From Macrostomum hystrix (Eukaryota; Animalia; Platyhelminthes): DNA of 64,000 bases. Numbering within the stretch: the stretch's first letter is position 1; every line of letters begins with the position of its first letter. The position numbers and the translations under genes were made by a program. Shown here in pieces: positions 63,761 to 64,000 of this stretch. The notes beneath the pieces are model-generated. The model did not search any database, had not been told where the DNA came from, and was given only the letters and a program-made list of their open reading frames with translations. The DNA lies in assembly GCA_950097015.1 (NCBI GenBank), contig CATNEN010000001.1, positions 9,486,001 to 9,550,000 of the forward strand, read 5' to 3'.

Positions 63761-64000
63761 TTCCCCTCTTTTCTCATCTCCGGATGTACAGTCTATGAAA
63801 AGAGCAAATTTCCTAGACCAACATGTCACTAAATGCTCGCAGCAATCAGCAGAAAAAAGCACAATTTCCAATTTCATCAAATATCCAACGCAGTTTAAAA
63901 GCAAATTACAATGCCAACTAAAACACTGGACTAAGGTCAAACTATACCCCACACGCAACCGCATATGGCTTGCACCCTGTTCTATAGTCAATCATGTCTG

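Overview
This is eukaryotic (animal) genomic DNA, not prokaryotic. GC-rich, poly-Q/poly-S-rich exons sit among AT-rich introns packed with minisatellites. The style resembles a flatworm such as Macrostomum, which is an inference only. I reconstructed five spliced genes by hand, checking GT-AG sites and phase continuity. (1) A Roundabout (Robo) receptor on +, 5'-truncated, with one >3.8 kb exon plus a last exon. (2, 3) A head-to-head pair of 4-exon paralogs encoding secreted-looking ~400 aa proteins that join a PAN/apple-like Cys module to an ALK/LTK-type glycine-rich domain, with no TM or kinase; a ~160 bp inverted repeat lies between them. (4) A 22-exon TRPA-family ankyrin channel on + (1097 aa) lacking the classic electrophile-sensing cysteines. 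(5) A Caskin-like ANK-SH3-SAM-SAM scaffold on -, 5'-truncated, with a probable alternative first exon. Also present: an intronic tRNA-Ile with a GAT anticodon (rare in eukaryotes), two tRNA-derived SINE families, hAT-like and TTAA-flanked MITEs, and more than 25 minisatellite arrays. Most long low-complexity ORFs in the supplied track are translations of these arrays.
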